Below are positions 24,287 to 37,787 of a DNA stretch of 64,000 bases, piece by piece. Below the pieces are notes generated by a model. The model searched no databases, was not told where the DNA came from, and worked only from the letters and a program-made list of their open reading frames with translations. Position 1 is the first letter of the stretch, and the number at the start of each line of letters is the position of its first letter. The stretch is from Cirrosporium novae-zelandiae (taxonomy: Eukaryota), in contig JAPETS010000031.1 in assembly GCA_026023565.1 (NCBI GenBank), positions 124,001 to 188,000 of the forward strand. The letters are read 5' to 3'. The translations under genes and the position numbers were made by a program.

Positions 24287-25601
24287 GATGAATTTCTCTC
24301 TCCTCCAAATAGCCTATCGTTTTAGAGACCCAGTTGACCGCCTTGGGCACTGTATCCCTGTACTGATTGATTATCGGATCTGAATGCGATAGGTCATGTT
24401 TTTTGGACAGTCGGTGGTTAGAAAGCAGTTCGGGTGTCAAGTTGCCCCGTCGGCTTTTGAGAATATGTAATTGGAAAAGATAGAAAAGAGTTTTACAAAT
24501 AGATATTTTTTGAGAAATGTTGTTTTAAGGAAACAAGGTGGCTTAAACCAAATGCAAGCTGGTTGTAATACTTTCCCGACCTATGAACTATCACGACGTC
24601 ATCATCCCCAGATGTTCAAAAGCTTCAAGGTAACAAACAATTCTAGACTAAGTTAGTTCACTCGTTAACTTGGGTGACCTGTCCACCTTGCGTGCCTGCA
24701 TGTCACACCAGAGCTTGGTCTTTTTTACATTAGCACACCAGGTACATTGTACATGTACATGTACATATATACGCATACTCTAGTACACCTTGAATCCCAA
24801 AACTTCACTCTTCCATCACATCCTCTTGAATAGAGAACGCATATATTCTTCTCTGACTACTTAGCTACTTACTCGAGGGTATAAACCGACGCAGGATAAA
24901 ATCTCCACGCAAAAGCAGAAGCAGGCCAAACGGGACAAGACAGAAAAAAATAAATATCCTGTCCTCATCGTTCATTTCAACAACACAATAATACTCATCC
25001 AAAAGCCACTGTGGCCAAGCAAAGAGGATAAAAGTAGTTACAACAAACAATTGACACAATTCAAACAGACAAGCTTGCGAAGGGGTTCTTGAGGTACTCA
25101 AACACATCGCGGATACGGACAAAGGTTATGGTAAATGTAAAGAGGATAGAAGAGTAGTAGGTAGCAGCAGTAATTGTACGCCATAACGAATTCCTTAATG
25201 TCGCTCGCTGGCCCCTTTGCTCGAACTTTGGGCCAATGCCCATTCCAAATTCCCACCGAAACCAGAGGTACCAGGCTTCCCCTTTAAACACCTGGGCCGG
25301 TTGATAACGCCTCACGCTCGCCAGAGGGGTAGTGGTAAGCAGTCGGCTGAATATGCGAAAAAAGGAAAATATTCCTTCGATGAAATAATAAAAAAGACGT
25401 CATCACATCCAAACAACGTTGATCGTGTGGGGAGTTTTCCAGTCAGTCCAAATGTTCCGGATTTTCCTTTATCCATGCTTTTGGTCTGCCCAGACGCTCC
25501 AGAGAAAAAAAAAACTCGACCATTAGAACTGAAGGAAGCAGGAAGATACGTCCAGCGCATCTCCAACCGCATAACCTATGTGAATTTAAGCCAAAAAGGC
25601 T

Positions 25602-28600
25602 CTATATATTTTCGCCAGAAAAGACTTCATCGACATTTTCGAGGAGGAATTGAACACTCTCATTCTTCTTAACCGTATCGGTCATCTCCCTTTGGACGCT
25701 CTCTGGCCGCATGATTGTAGGTGCAAATACGACCGCCATATTTCCTGGGCTCATCAGATTTTCGACATGACGCTCTGTCACGCGCTTTAGATGGAAGCAC
25801 AAGAACTCAAGCGTCGAACGGTTCGTCTTAGGTAGTAGGCTAATAGCCGCGCGCATGCCCATAATCTTAGTTTGATCTGACACCGAAGGCGCATTTTGGT
25901 GATGGTGAGTGCCGGCGTCAGTCGACTCTCCCATGCAGTCAAGGAGCAGATCATAGACAGAATAGGTGATGAGAGGTGTAGGAAGTGACCGGAAATATTT
26001 CTTGAGGGTGGAAGTGACGGCATGGATATCAAGATCCGGATCGGAAATATCGTACGTGAGGTTTGGCGACTTCTCAAAGCCCTCTTTGATGGCTTGCACT
26101 TGCGAGCTACCGCCAGATTTGCGATAAATTCCTTCAACATCCATACCTAGATAGAACTTTAGTTACGATTCATGAGTCTATAAAAATAACTAACCTCGAA
26201 GCTCAACCTCTTCGATGCAACGAATGATGATGCGAGGAATTGTAGCCTTTTCAAATTCGGCACGTTGTTCAATGTCAGAACCGAAGAGAGCTAAAGATTT
26301 GATTAGTATATTATCAAAATATTGTTAAAGATGGATGGCTTACTGGTGGCGGCATCGGGCGTTCCAAGAGCAGAAGAACTGCTGGCTGGAGTAGCATTCT
26401 TTCCTGGGTTGCCCTTATTCCGTTGATTCCCAAAGAAACCGAATCCCCCGGATTTGGTAGGGTCGACACTAGTAGATCTCGGCAGGCTGCCTACCAGAGT
26501 AGGTTCTTGGCCGGCAGGTAGCGCACCGTAGGGAACACCCTCTGTGAACATCTCACGTTGTTCTCTGGTTTGTTCGGGGCCCGAGAATGCCCCTTTGAGC
26601 CCTTTGACGCCTTTGGCCACATTTTGTCCTCCTCTTTTCCAGCTGAACTTGCTTGGTTTACCCTTGCGGATATTTACTACTTGGGGTGCAGCAAGCACGG
26701 TAACTGGCTCTGCCTCCTGGTCAGTATGCATAGCCTCAGAGATGGCTGGACGCATTTCTTTGGAGTCGCTCGTCTTGTCCCTTGAATGATGTGTATAGAT
26801 TCCAAGACCGTTCGGCTTAGGTTCAGGATGAGTATTCGCGCCAGCTTTATGCAATTCTTGAATCTGGTGGACCAAATCATTATTGAGATCAGCTAGTTGT
26901 GCGTTCTTTAATGAGAGTTGTTCGAACTCTTTCAGTTTCATGTCTTTCATTTGTGAAAGATTAGCAACCTCATCTATCAGAGTAGTTCGTTCGTGTATCA
27001 GCTCCTCAATCTGGGGCCGATAGCTTTCTTTGAGCTGTTCCATGACTTCAGCAAATTCACGGACTATAGTAGAGCTGAGCCTGTCAAAATTCAACGGCTC
27101 CCCGCTCTTCTTAGCAGCCGCGACATTCTCAGTCAGGACTTCAAGTTCTCGAACAACAATCTTCTCTTGAGCATCTAGTTCGGTTATAGTTGATCGCTTC
27201 ACACGCAATTCATTGTTCATCTGCTTAATATTCGTTCTTCCTTCTAGAGCGGCCTCAAGTTCCGCGATTTTTTGATCTTTTTCTATCATCCTCTGGCGCT
27301 CGTTTCTTAACTCGGACTTGAACCATGCTACATCTTCCTTGTTTTCTGGAGAGTATTGCGAAGGACTGCTGATTTCCTGCACGAATGCTGAGCTGTCTAG
27401 CGGAGACTTGGGCCATTTGGGATCTTTCGTTAATCTCGTGCGTTGATCACTATAGCTTCTTCCATGTCTCACAGCATTGGAAACTTTCCTCAAGATAGAA
27501 CCGCGATTCTGTGGTTCCCCATCCGCTCCAAATACACGAGCCATATCTTCATCCATGGTGAATGCACCGGCACCACTCCACCTAGGCAGTGTGGGTGAAT
27601 TATGCTCACCGTTCCGACTCGATTCTGAATAAACTGTACTAACTGACTGGTGACGACCCTTGTGGTAATCGGTAGGAGGGGCAGGCGGGGCTCTTGGTGC
27701 AGTGAATGACTCCACATTTTTAGTTACACTATCGTCAGCGCCACCTTTGATCTGGGTAAGAGATCCCGGTATGTCATGAATACTCTTCGAACCTGGCGAG
27801 TCAATCGGTTTGGAAATAGTTCTACCGCCGTTCAACTTAGAAAGCAGACTAGGCGAATCCTGGGCATTTGAAGACGATGTGGATGATTCATGGCCTCTAC
27901 CAGTGGGTGACTGTTGAACGGAATTTCTTCCACCGGATGGCACTTCTTTTCTTGTTATTATTTGCTTGTCTTTGTTCAATGAATCCCCACGTCTTGGTAT
28001 TTGTTGTATCTGAGACAAAGAGGGTGAATTAAATGACCTCGAAGAATCAATAGAAGCCTCTCTGGCTGGATAATCCCTTGTTCCAACAGAGGTATTAATT
28101 GTCGGTGACTTGGCAAGTTTCTCTTGATCTTTTGATGGGGGAACGTAGCGAGAATTGGTTAATAGTGGAGGCTCCTCGCCTTGTGGTGATAAGACCTCAT
28201 CGGAGCTCTTTGAGGAACTTCTAGATTTCTTGCTCTCTGGAACTTCTTGTAATTTGAAATCAGACGGTTTCGGGCCCTCTGTGGGAGGTTGGGACAATTT
28301 AGGGGATGCGGGAGGCGCATTGTTTGCTACATCAGCACCAGGTCTGGGAGACGAAGTTCCTGATATGCCAGCCTGTTCCTGTTCTTTTTGTTTTCGCAGA
28401 GAGTCAAGAATACCATTAGTAGATTGCCGATTTTTTTGCTGGTATGCTATATGAGGGCTTTGAGGGCTTGTAGGTTGAGAAGTGGTTCCATTATTCATGT
28501 TGCTTTCTTCAGCGGGTGCACGTTGCTGCTCGGGCGACTCTTTTCGTGACGAGGACGCCGTTGGCTTAACATTGAAATAGTCCTTGGGCTGTTCCTCCCG

Positions 28601-29640
28601 CAAGTTCGATTTGGTTCCCTCGGATCGGTTGCTCTCTGATCTCGAAGGCTTCGGCCGAGGGGACTCTGCAGGTGGAGTTGGATCAAAAGCTACAGGTATG
28701 AGGAAGCCATCGCCACTATCCAAGTCAGACCGTGTCGAGATAGTGGAGTAGCGATTCTTTCGATACGACGTGGCAGGTAAAGTGAGGTTTTCTGCAAGAG
28801 TATTAGTCTTTTTGTCCAAGGTATAGGGGAAAAAAGATTGCCCAAGGACACCTTTTCGTTCATCTTGAGTACTCGCCGCAGGGGACTGGTCTCGATGATC
28901 GTTGGGTTTAGGATTTGTTGTCCGACGACGAGGCGGTAGATCTGCAATAGTATCCGATGGAGATTCTACTATCGGAGGTGTTTCACGGTCCGGCGATAGG
29001 GTACTTTCTGGAGGCATTGTCGGAGGAAGAGAAGGGAGCGACTTATCCAACAGCATTGTACTAGTCTGTTTATGCCTTGACTTGGACGACTTTTTTCTCC
29101 GTCTCGCCATTAATGCTTCGTGGCAGTCCATACAAAATATCCCTTGCGAGGTACGGGCATACCTCAGATTTTCGATCTTGCGCTTACAGTTGCGACAACG
29201 AAAACAGCTTGCACAGTAGGCCTGATCGCCTGTCAAGATGGCCAAATCCTCAATCTTGTTTCCACAAGCACTGCAGCTGTATGTACAATTGTTGCATATC
29301 AGGGAACCGTCACCTAGGAGAAGAAGGTTTGCGTCCGAGTCGAGGAGAGTCCCACAGGTATTGCAACGAAAACAATCAATGTGCCAGCGGTGATTTGCTA
29401 TAGTTTGGATGAGCTGACCATGTTATTTATTCAACAAGGGAGGAGCAGAGTGTGGTCGTTCATACCCAATTCGAATGCCTTCCCCTCTTCCAAGATCTAT
29501 ACAATATCGACAACATCAGCTACAGGAATACTCCACGGGTTCAAGATATTAGTTGGAATCACCTCTCCGCATCCTTTGCATGTATATGCTACCTCATCCT
29601 GCTCCATTGGAGATTCCGGCATCATTGCTGGAGACTCCAT
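25602..29640 (-). CDS. RGA1: LIM-domain Rho/Cdc42 GTPase-activating protein (Rga1/Rga2-like), multi-exon
   Basis: ATG 29640; CKGCGE / ILEEGKAFEL / RWHIDCFRC...CFRCRNCK LIM pair; central coiled coil; C-terminal RhoGAP (EGIYRKSG, LKKYFRSLP, NLMSPGNMAVVFAPT). Confidence 0.9.
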
Positions 29641-30129
29641 CTTGGCTATGAGGGCAAGCAACAAATAATATCAGCAAGGGTTGATATGGTAGTGTCCTTC
29701 AGACAAGACAAATCGAAGGGTAGATTAATTCTCCAAAACGAGATGTAAATTATGGCAGTAAAATGTTGGTGGACCGGGAGGAGAGAGCTCTGGCCTTCCT
29801 GACAAGAAGCTTCAAGACCGGGGGGGTTACGTGGATTGCGTGGTTGTATTTGTCGCAAGGAAGGTGAGGGCTAGCGGAGCCAGCAGTAGACGGATAACGA
29901 AGGAGAATGGATCAACTCGCCCTCCACCACTCCGCCTTGGTCGATTACTGAACACGATGGAAAAAGGGGAGATGTAAGAGAGTGAAAAGATATGAAGATA
30001 GGTTTTAGAATCTAAACGACATGGAAGACATGGACCATGAACGGCCCTATGGGGGGTTGTAGCAGCAACAAGAAAGGCTGAAGGGCCCTCTTCTCTTTTT
30101 CCCAAGGGCTTGTTGCTGATTTGGGATTC

Positions 30130-30147
30130 GGGGGGGGGGGGGGGGGG
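30130..30147 (+). repeat. Poly-G homopolymer (about 18 nt) upstream of the RhoGAP gene
   Basis: gggggggggggggggggg run. Confidence 0.85.
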
Positions 30148-31290
30148 TGGGTGGTTAAGTGAATTTAGATGGATGAATGTCTATCGGGGGGGTGTCCGGG
30201 AGAGGGGGGAAGAAATGACAAGAAGAGCCCAGGGGTTTGTTTTGTGACACGAATTCAAGATTGGATTTCAAAGAACTAATGTTATAGTACTTTGGTTCTC
30301 AAATCAAATGATGATAATAATAATATTACAGGCAATAAAATCTTCTTCTTCTTTTTCTCTACTTCTTTTTATTATTCTGGCAAGCTACCAGGGAATTTAA
30401 CAGTTAGGACCATTTATTTTCAAGTGCTTAGTTAGAATGAGCCACACCAACTCCACCACATCCACCACTCCACCACTCCACCAAAAAGTGTTTCAGGTAC
30501 GGAGGTACTGCAAAGGCAATAATGAATAAATAACTAATCGTAACCATCGGCTGTTCCATGACCTGGTTTATTCAACATACATTGAAAATAAATAATATAC
30601 TAGCCCACGTCCATGTAGTTAATATCTAAATCCTCTTCACCGAATCTTTCAACAGAGTCAGCACCAAAATCCCAACTGCTAGTTACCATCAAACGCTTCT
30701 TGCCTCGTGCTTTAGCTGCAAGTGTCCGTCTCAAGAAGGTTTCTTGTCTCAGGGTTCCAGACATTGCGACATCGCAATCCGGTAGCAACCATGTTGGGAA
30801 CCAAGGAAATATATATAATCATTGGTCCACTCGCCACAAAAGCCGACAGCCAACAACTCACACAATTTCTCTAGGTTTGATTTGTTAATTTGCTGAATTC
30901 TCCAATAATATTATGCTCACCACTGCCCTGCTCGCCATCCAAGGAAAATTCCCCCACAGGACAACTTGTCACTTGGCAGCAGCTGGTTCCCTCTTTCTAA
31001 ACAATGTACTAAGTGATCTGGGAATGAATTGAATTCTTGATGGCTTAGGTGTGTTTCGTCGGAATCTCAAACGTGATCATCACCGTCGCCCCGCACTTCA
31101 ATCTATTTTTTTTTTCTATCTTGTCCATCTGTCGTGTCTACTTCATCATCGAGATTGATGGTTGGAGGTATGTTAGAAGATGCTGCAGCACCAGGCTCAC
31201 CGCGTGTGTCAGGTTTGGCCGTACCAATCATGCTGTGGCACACTACCCTAATCCTTACCTCGTCTATCAGCGTTGTCTTCTCTCTGGCTG

Positions 31291-31325
<35 letters not shown>

Positions 31326-32200
31326 CTTGCCAATCAAAAAAAGAATGACTTAAAATTATATTTAATATCAAGCTGATCTCGGGGTTTACTAGTCGGTCAG
31401 TGCCAATTTGGAATGGATAATCAAAGGCTTAATCAGGGGAATTTGGAAAGCCTAGAAGACCTTAGGTTGCCGAGATGGAGTACGCCTTGATCGAGTTAGT
31501 TAGGCAATAAATAGTTTAAACTTTGAAAAGGAATTCATCTTTCACTTTCACTTCCCAACTTACCCTAAAGTACCTAACTAAAAAAGAAAGGGACGCCATC
31601 GTGGTCCGTCAAACAATGATATTATTAGTTGTTTATTCTACAGCCCACTGGTCCTGGAATATACTTTCCTGTCCCTTGATTGTCTTGGCTTTCCCATCTG
31701 AAGATCTGACTTGCAACTGTATCGGACCCAGACAACAATCATACTTTGACCACAAACCATACAGTGGACAGTTTTATGTCTACCTTAATTTAAAAAGGAG
31801 TCAAAGACTCTGCACTTTCGAGAAGCATTTTCATGGGTACCTATTATTACACTTTCCCATTACCAAGGCTAAAAGGTGCAAAGCTCAGCTGGTGAAGTGA
31901 TCAATCTTATTCAATTTTATTACCCCAGATAGCCTGAGCTAAGACTCCAATAGCGTCCACCCCCAATCCCGCGTCTAACCAGTGCCCTCCCACTGGTGTC
32001 CGCATGCATTGTTACCACTCTCACCCACCTCGACGCCTGTGCTGGCGAACGGAGAACAAACGCTGACCCGGAGCCGGCCCAAGCTGATCTATCCTAGGAA
32101 TAAAGATTAAAAGTATACTGAATTTAGACACGCCTGCACTCTTGCAGGGAACTGAAGAAAAAATATCCACCCTCCTGAACCTTGGGATCCAAGGCCTTCA

Positions 32201-35200
32201 TCATCGTCCTCGCTTTTGTGCCCTCCTCCCAAGATAATATGTCAACAGGTCTCGGTGGGCAACCTCATTGTTAAGCATGGCCCAGAATTTTTCACTTGGT
32301 TGGACCTGATCGTGAACCTCCATTGCATAATCAATCACCGCACGTCGAATATCAGAATCTGTTTCTTCTAGGCATTGTCGAGCCATTTTCCCCAGTGTCT
32401 CCTGTTCGACTTCAGGCAATTCGAACCCCTGTTCGTTCATTCGATGTAATAGTCCAGCCAAACAATATAACCCCATGGCCAGGGTTCTACGGCTCTGCTC
32501 GTCTTTTACAGACTCCTCACGTTGTAGCAAGCCCAAGACAGCCTTGATACAATCATTTGGTTCCTTACAATGTTCCACAATCATATCTAGGGCTTGCTCT
32601 AAGCCACTCACAAGGTGATTTCTAATCGTGTAGTTCCTCCTAGCTTTTAAAAGGGCACCAAGCGCTCGAGGATAGAACCGCGAGAAGCGCTCACTATCGT
32701 GATTATGCATCACCCGGATTGTCCCTAAGATCTGTGTCTTTAAGTCTTGATCTCTACCAGAGGATGCCCTAGATTCATCTATTGGTTCTTCCAAAGCATC
32801 CAACGAAGCTAATAGAAGGCTGTCATATTGGGTAACATCCTCGAAGAGGTCCTTGTTTGCTTTAATCAACCCTTGAATCTTGCGGAAGCCGTGAACATCA
32901 ATTGTCCTGGCCTTGATTTTCTTGATTCCGCTTGCTAGCATCATTTGTGATTCTCGACCTCCACTCTTTTTAGGACTGGGGCTCCTGTGTTCTGGGGTTC
33001 CAATAGCCTTGACGTTGTGAGGTGTGTTCTCATTCAGAGATCTCATTCCATTTTGGTTCAGGGGGGAAATTGGCATTCCGTTAGAAGGATTATTTGCATC
33101 GATTGGGCTGTTCAGCGGTTCATTAATAGTGAGTTCTTCGAGTGCTGTTGATTTCTTGGTCGGAGATGTGGCATTTCCTTCGATTTCATTCGATAAAGGT
33201 ACAGGGTCTTCGTATACTTTAAGAGTTTCTGTTCCAACCAAGATATCCCCACCGGTAGGGGGAACTTTCCGGTTTTGCTCGGTTGTAGCATCAAGTTCAT
33301 GAGGATCTATCTCAGAAACGGATGCTTCCCTGGGAATTGCAGGTTGTTCGGTTGTCAAATTTTTGAATGTAGGTACGAGCATCGTAAGTTCTTCATCTGT
33401 TTTCGTAGGACTTCCAATCGTTGGCACATCTGGTGCCGAGGTCGTAGCTTTGAGTGTCGGGCTCATTGTATCCATAGTACTTAATTTGCTCTTCATGGGA
33501 CTTGAGGTCGTGCTTTCTGGTTTACTGTTCCTCTCTTTTTCAGGACTCGGAGGCTTTGACGCTACCGGCGTCCTTCCTTTTGCCTTAACAGGGGTGATTT
33601 TCGGGCTACTTGTTGGGGTTCCAGATCGCATGGCATTTCTGGCTGCGTATGGTTCTGCTGTCGCGGGACGATTCAATTCCGGTCTCCGGGGTGGGCGCAT
33701 AGGACGAACTGGAGCCGATGACAATGATCCGGATTGTGGATGCAAGTTGGTGGCAGACTTGGTCTTGGCTGAAAACATGGCAGGTCTGGCAGCAGATAGG
33801 GAATAACTAGATTGAGCCGACTCGGGACGGTCAGGCACCCCCTTTGCGGCAAGCTTTGCCCTCTTCTGGGCAGCAATTGTTTCTTTAAGAGTCGGGCGTC
33901 CCGGAACGGATGTGGTGCTCCTCGAGAAAGTTGAAGGCCGGACAGAACTTGAACTTGGGATGTCCGACGGGAAATGTAATTCGTTTGTGTTACCAGGATC
34001 TTTCCGGAGTCTATCTTGAGATTTGGCATCCAACTTAGATATTAATCTAGGAGAATTAGTATTGTTATTCATTAAAGGGTAGCATTACTTACGTTTCAGC
34101 TCTCAAGGGCCATGCCTTTGCAAAGACCCAGAAAGCCTCTCGCATGTTCTGTCGAACACCTGGGTTAGCATCTCCTAAACCCTTGTTAAGACATTTTTCT
34201 AGAAGCTCAACACCGCCCGAGTGTTCGATCATGCTTTTGTGATGTAAGTGTTTAGTTATCAATGTCTTTATCCAACCAGGGGCGTAAAGCCGAGGCTGGA
34301 CATTCTTTTCTTGGCACGCCCCCCAAACATGTTGGAGAAGCCTGGTATGATAAGAGAGATTACCCAATAGAGCATCAACAGTGACATTGCCATTCTGTGC
34401 GCTGATCTTCTTGGTTGCAGCGCATACTTTAATAAAGTTGAGCAGCATCAATTCAGCCATAGGTTCCAAGGAGGCCGGAGACGTTCTTGCAATCTCCTGG
34501 ACAAGATAACAACCACTAGTCGAGAGGGTAGTACGTAATGAGTTAGCAACTTTCAATATACCATCGAGCAGTGTCTTGATGCCCGCACTATATGTCGAAA
34601 AGAACTCTGTCGGCGCATTGCCCTTTGTAAGTCTGCGCAATCGCATTGTGCTTTTTTCTCGAGCTAGCCAGTTCTGTTCAGATTCTCTGCCTTCAAAGTG
34701 AGGTAGCATATCGTGGAACAACTCATCAACTTCACGATTAGTATATATATTTAGAGGCTCTATATTATCATTGGACGCATCTGCCAAAGACAATTCTGAT
34801 GTGGAACCTGAGTTTATCGCCTTGGTGCTTGAATGGCTAGGTCCTTTGGGTGTAAAACTTTGCGTAGAGGATTTTAGAGGATTATCGTCATGACCATGGT
34901 AGGACATTGCAGAACCCGGCCTCGATATGCGGCCCGTCGCCATTTTCTTGCGGTGATCACCCCGACTCATTGGGCGGGGATGATGTTCCCTTGTCTCTGT
35001 ACCTGCAGGCGCAGACATTCCCAGTTGTGTCAAGATTGATGACACAATCATCTTTCTGATATTTCTGATTTGTAACTGCCTTCTCAGGTCGGCTTTGGCA
35101 TGGTCAGGTACATCGCTAAAGAGGACATGTTAGAGCCATGGAATGATTTTATAGTTACGGAATGACCCACTGGAATAGCTCGACAAGTGTTGCTTTAGCA

Positions 35201-35792
35201 GTCTCTCGGACACCAACATCCGCATCTTCGAGACAATCCACAACCTTAGGAATATGAGGTTTGATTAGGACTCCATTCTCCTTGTTCATCTACCAAGTAT
35301 TTAGATTCCGTAAGACGATAATGCTGATGGTTCAGGTACCTTGACAAGCCATTGCATGCTTGTTTCTTTCGCTCGAGGGTTATCGTTCATAGCGATGCTA
35401 AGAACATAATGCTCAACGTCGCCGGGGCTGGCGTGCCAGAAATCTGTAAAGGCTTGCGCAGCTTGTAATCGCACGCGCTCTTTCGCGTCCCCCAGACATG
35501 CGGTTAGGATAGGAAATGTATCACTGCCTTGAGCGGCAATCAAGTCGGCTTGTTCTTGGAGATAGAGGCGTTTTATCAAATGCGATAGGGTGGAAAAGCC
35601 CGAGGCTTGCAGGGTAGTGCTACGTGAATTGATGGCACTTCGAACGACATCGAATATAGGAGGGATAGCAACGGCAGGGACTTGACGATGTTTGATTTCG
35701 GATTTGAGGGAGGTTAGGTAGTTAATCTTGGTATCCATCGAGACATGCTGACTCTCCAGGACGGCATGGAGGTCAATCGCTTGCGCCTCCAT
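32201..35792 (-). CDS. STU1: CLASP-family microtubule-associated protein Stu1, 4 exons
   Basis: N-terminal TOG-like helices (LKSEIKHRQV), CLASP_N domain (FEGRESEQNWLARE, SLRTTLS, KGLGDANPGVR), RPTLKETIAAQK motif, helical C-terminus; ORFs 35301-35792, 34089-35051 and 32201-34072 are joined by GT-AG introns. Confidence 0.92.
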
Positions 35793-36274
35793 GCTACCCT
35801 ACTGTTATTCAAAAGCCACTTTGGGTGCTTGGTAATAGAGGATGTAAAGTTATTGCACGAGTATTTTTATTAGGGTATGAGCAGTATATTCAATTCGAGG
35901 ATTCTATGTTAATGCGGGATAAAGTGGTAAAGTGGTATGTGTAGATGGGGGATGGTTAGAATTGTTTGGGTGCAGTAGAGCCAAATCAAAACAAAGCTCA
36001 AGTGATTAGAAAATAGTGTACGGCAAATCACAGGGCTCAAAAGCGAGTGCCATCTCCTGGCTCTTTCGGCTACCCTTGGGTCCTTGCACCCGTTGCACAC
36101 GGCACCGAAGTGGTACAATTTGCATAGAATCATCACAAACACAGGAGAAAAATGTGCAGAGCATAGATAGGTAGTTACAACTAACTAGCAAACTATTAAG
36201 TAGTTGGTAGGGTATAATAGGGTTGGATCTACGATTCCAATTTCAATTTAGGATGGAGTTTATGAGGGGATGAA

Positions 36275-36301
36275 GTCATGTGATCAGTTAAATCACGTGA
36301 T
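36275..36301. promoter_or_regulatory. Paired E-box palindromes GTCATGTGAT and ATCACGTGAT (Cbf1/bHLH-type) upstream of STU1
   Basis: Perfect ATCACGTGAT at 36292-36301 and a one-mismatch copy at 36275-36284. Confidence 0.45.
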
Positions 36302-36687
36302 CGCTTATTACTAAGAGCTTACGAATTGATTAGTAGCGCATTCAGCCGCCAACATGGAAACCTCTTAGCATTGCCGAAATCCGACTAGATTATAATGGAA
36401 CGAGTAAAGATATCCAATATTGATTTCCTAAAATATTAGGACTTGAGACCCCTGAACTTTATTATTATTTAACATTTGCTGTCTCAAGCTTTGGAAGGAA
36501 TGATGAAGAGATGTGGGGTTTGTATCGAAAGTTAGTCGGAGAGTAACGACTAGGAGGCATTTTGATTGGTCAGCACAGACAAAATATAAAAGGAGAAGTT
36601 TAATGCTTCTTAATTCTTAATAATGAGAATAAAATATTTCCTTGGCTTATATTATTGCAACCTGTGGAGAAATGAAAGGATGATGCA

Positions 36688-36808
36688 TACTCGAGTAGTC
36701 TAATGGGCAAACCCAGAGATGTTGAGAGTATTCGAGTCCTGTCACGCTTGTGATATACTTTTCTCTAGGGGGGTGTGGACCCCATTTGACCTGTTCACTA
36801 CTCGAGTA
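36688..36808. mobile_element. Candidate MITE / foldback element of about 120 bp
   Basis: Perfect 12-bp inverted termini TACTCGAGTAGT / ACTACTCGAGTA (TA-flanked) plus internal complementary segments; single copy in the window. Confidence 0.35.
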
Positions 36809-37787
36809 CACCGAGCTACCCGCGACGACATACAGGGTTGGTAAGGTAGGGAGATGATGAGAAAGAAGGGTCTAAGTCTGGGTTTAGACAGTCCCCGAGA
36901 AGGATTCCGTGCAGTAACTAGGGAAGGAAGGCACGTGGAAAGGAATATATCGGGTTTGTCTTGTAGGCGTTTCGTGTGGCTGGTTTTAACAATCCCTCAG
37001 TACAATTGAGGGGTTTAAGTATAAAGCTTAATAAAGGCCAAGATATCATCTAATCCACTACTATCAAGTCATCGACCCGTTATTCCATCTCCTCATCCAT
37101 TCATGACCAACAGGAATTCACCATTATTCAGCCCGCCCGTGAGCACTATCACCGTTTTTGATCAGAATATTAGAGAGAAGAGAAGAGGACTTTGTGGCTT
37201 TATGGCTTTATGATTGGACTTCTGATTTCCTGTTGTACAGTACATGTACCAATACAGCTGGTATTATTGTCTATTTAGGTAAGTGAAAAAAAGAATAACC
37301 AGCCAGGCCCTATGAGAAGAGCTGACCGAACCACCCCTGTTTTTCTTATTTTATTTATGGTATCCATACTTTCTCTTGAAGGCGGCTTCGATAACTAAAC
37401 TAATACGAAGCCTTCGGCCTCCCCACATTTAACAGAAATCAAGCTTAAAAGCCCTTGATGAGATATTTCTTTCCAATGCTCTACCGCAAAGCTACCATGT
37501 GGATAGATAACAAAGTATGAAAAGCTTCCTGGCCGTGTTGTTTTAGGTCCAGCATGGCTAAGGGAACCCACCTCAGAACTTTTCCAGGAACACCCTCCTC
37601 TCCAACTGTCCCTTTCATTTAATCCCTTCTATCCTATCATTTTCAAGGGTTTCTTCCTTAGGTCCATTCAATTACCTCAAATCACCTTTTACTGTTCCTG
37701 ATCTCTGGTCTTTCCCTTACCTAACCTCACCTTTGGTACATCGACCAACGTCATCTCATTGTCGATCACAGTAATCCAAAGCATAGA

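Noticed and set aside
36885..37020. AGTCCCC...ACAATTGAGGGGTTTA with GAGAA loop resembling RNase MRP P4/P8
   Set aside because: Spacing is short (about 120 nt), the GARAR hairpin overlaps the P4 strand, GGGGCT is imperfect, and I could not find P1-P3; would need an Infernal hit.
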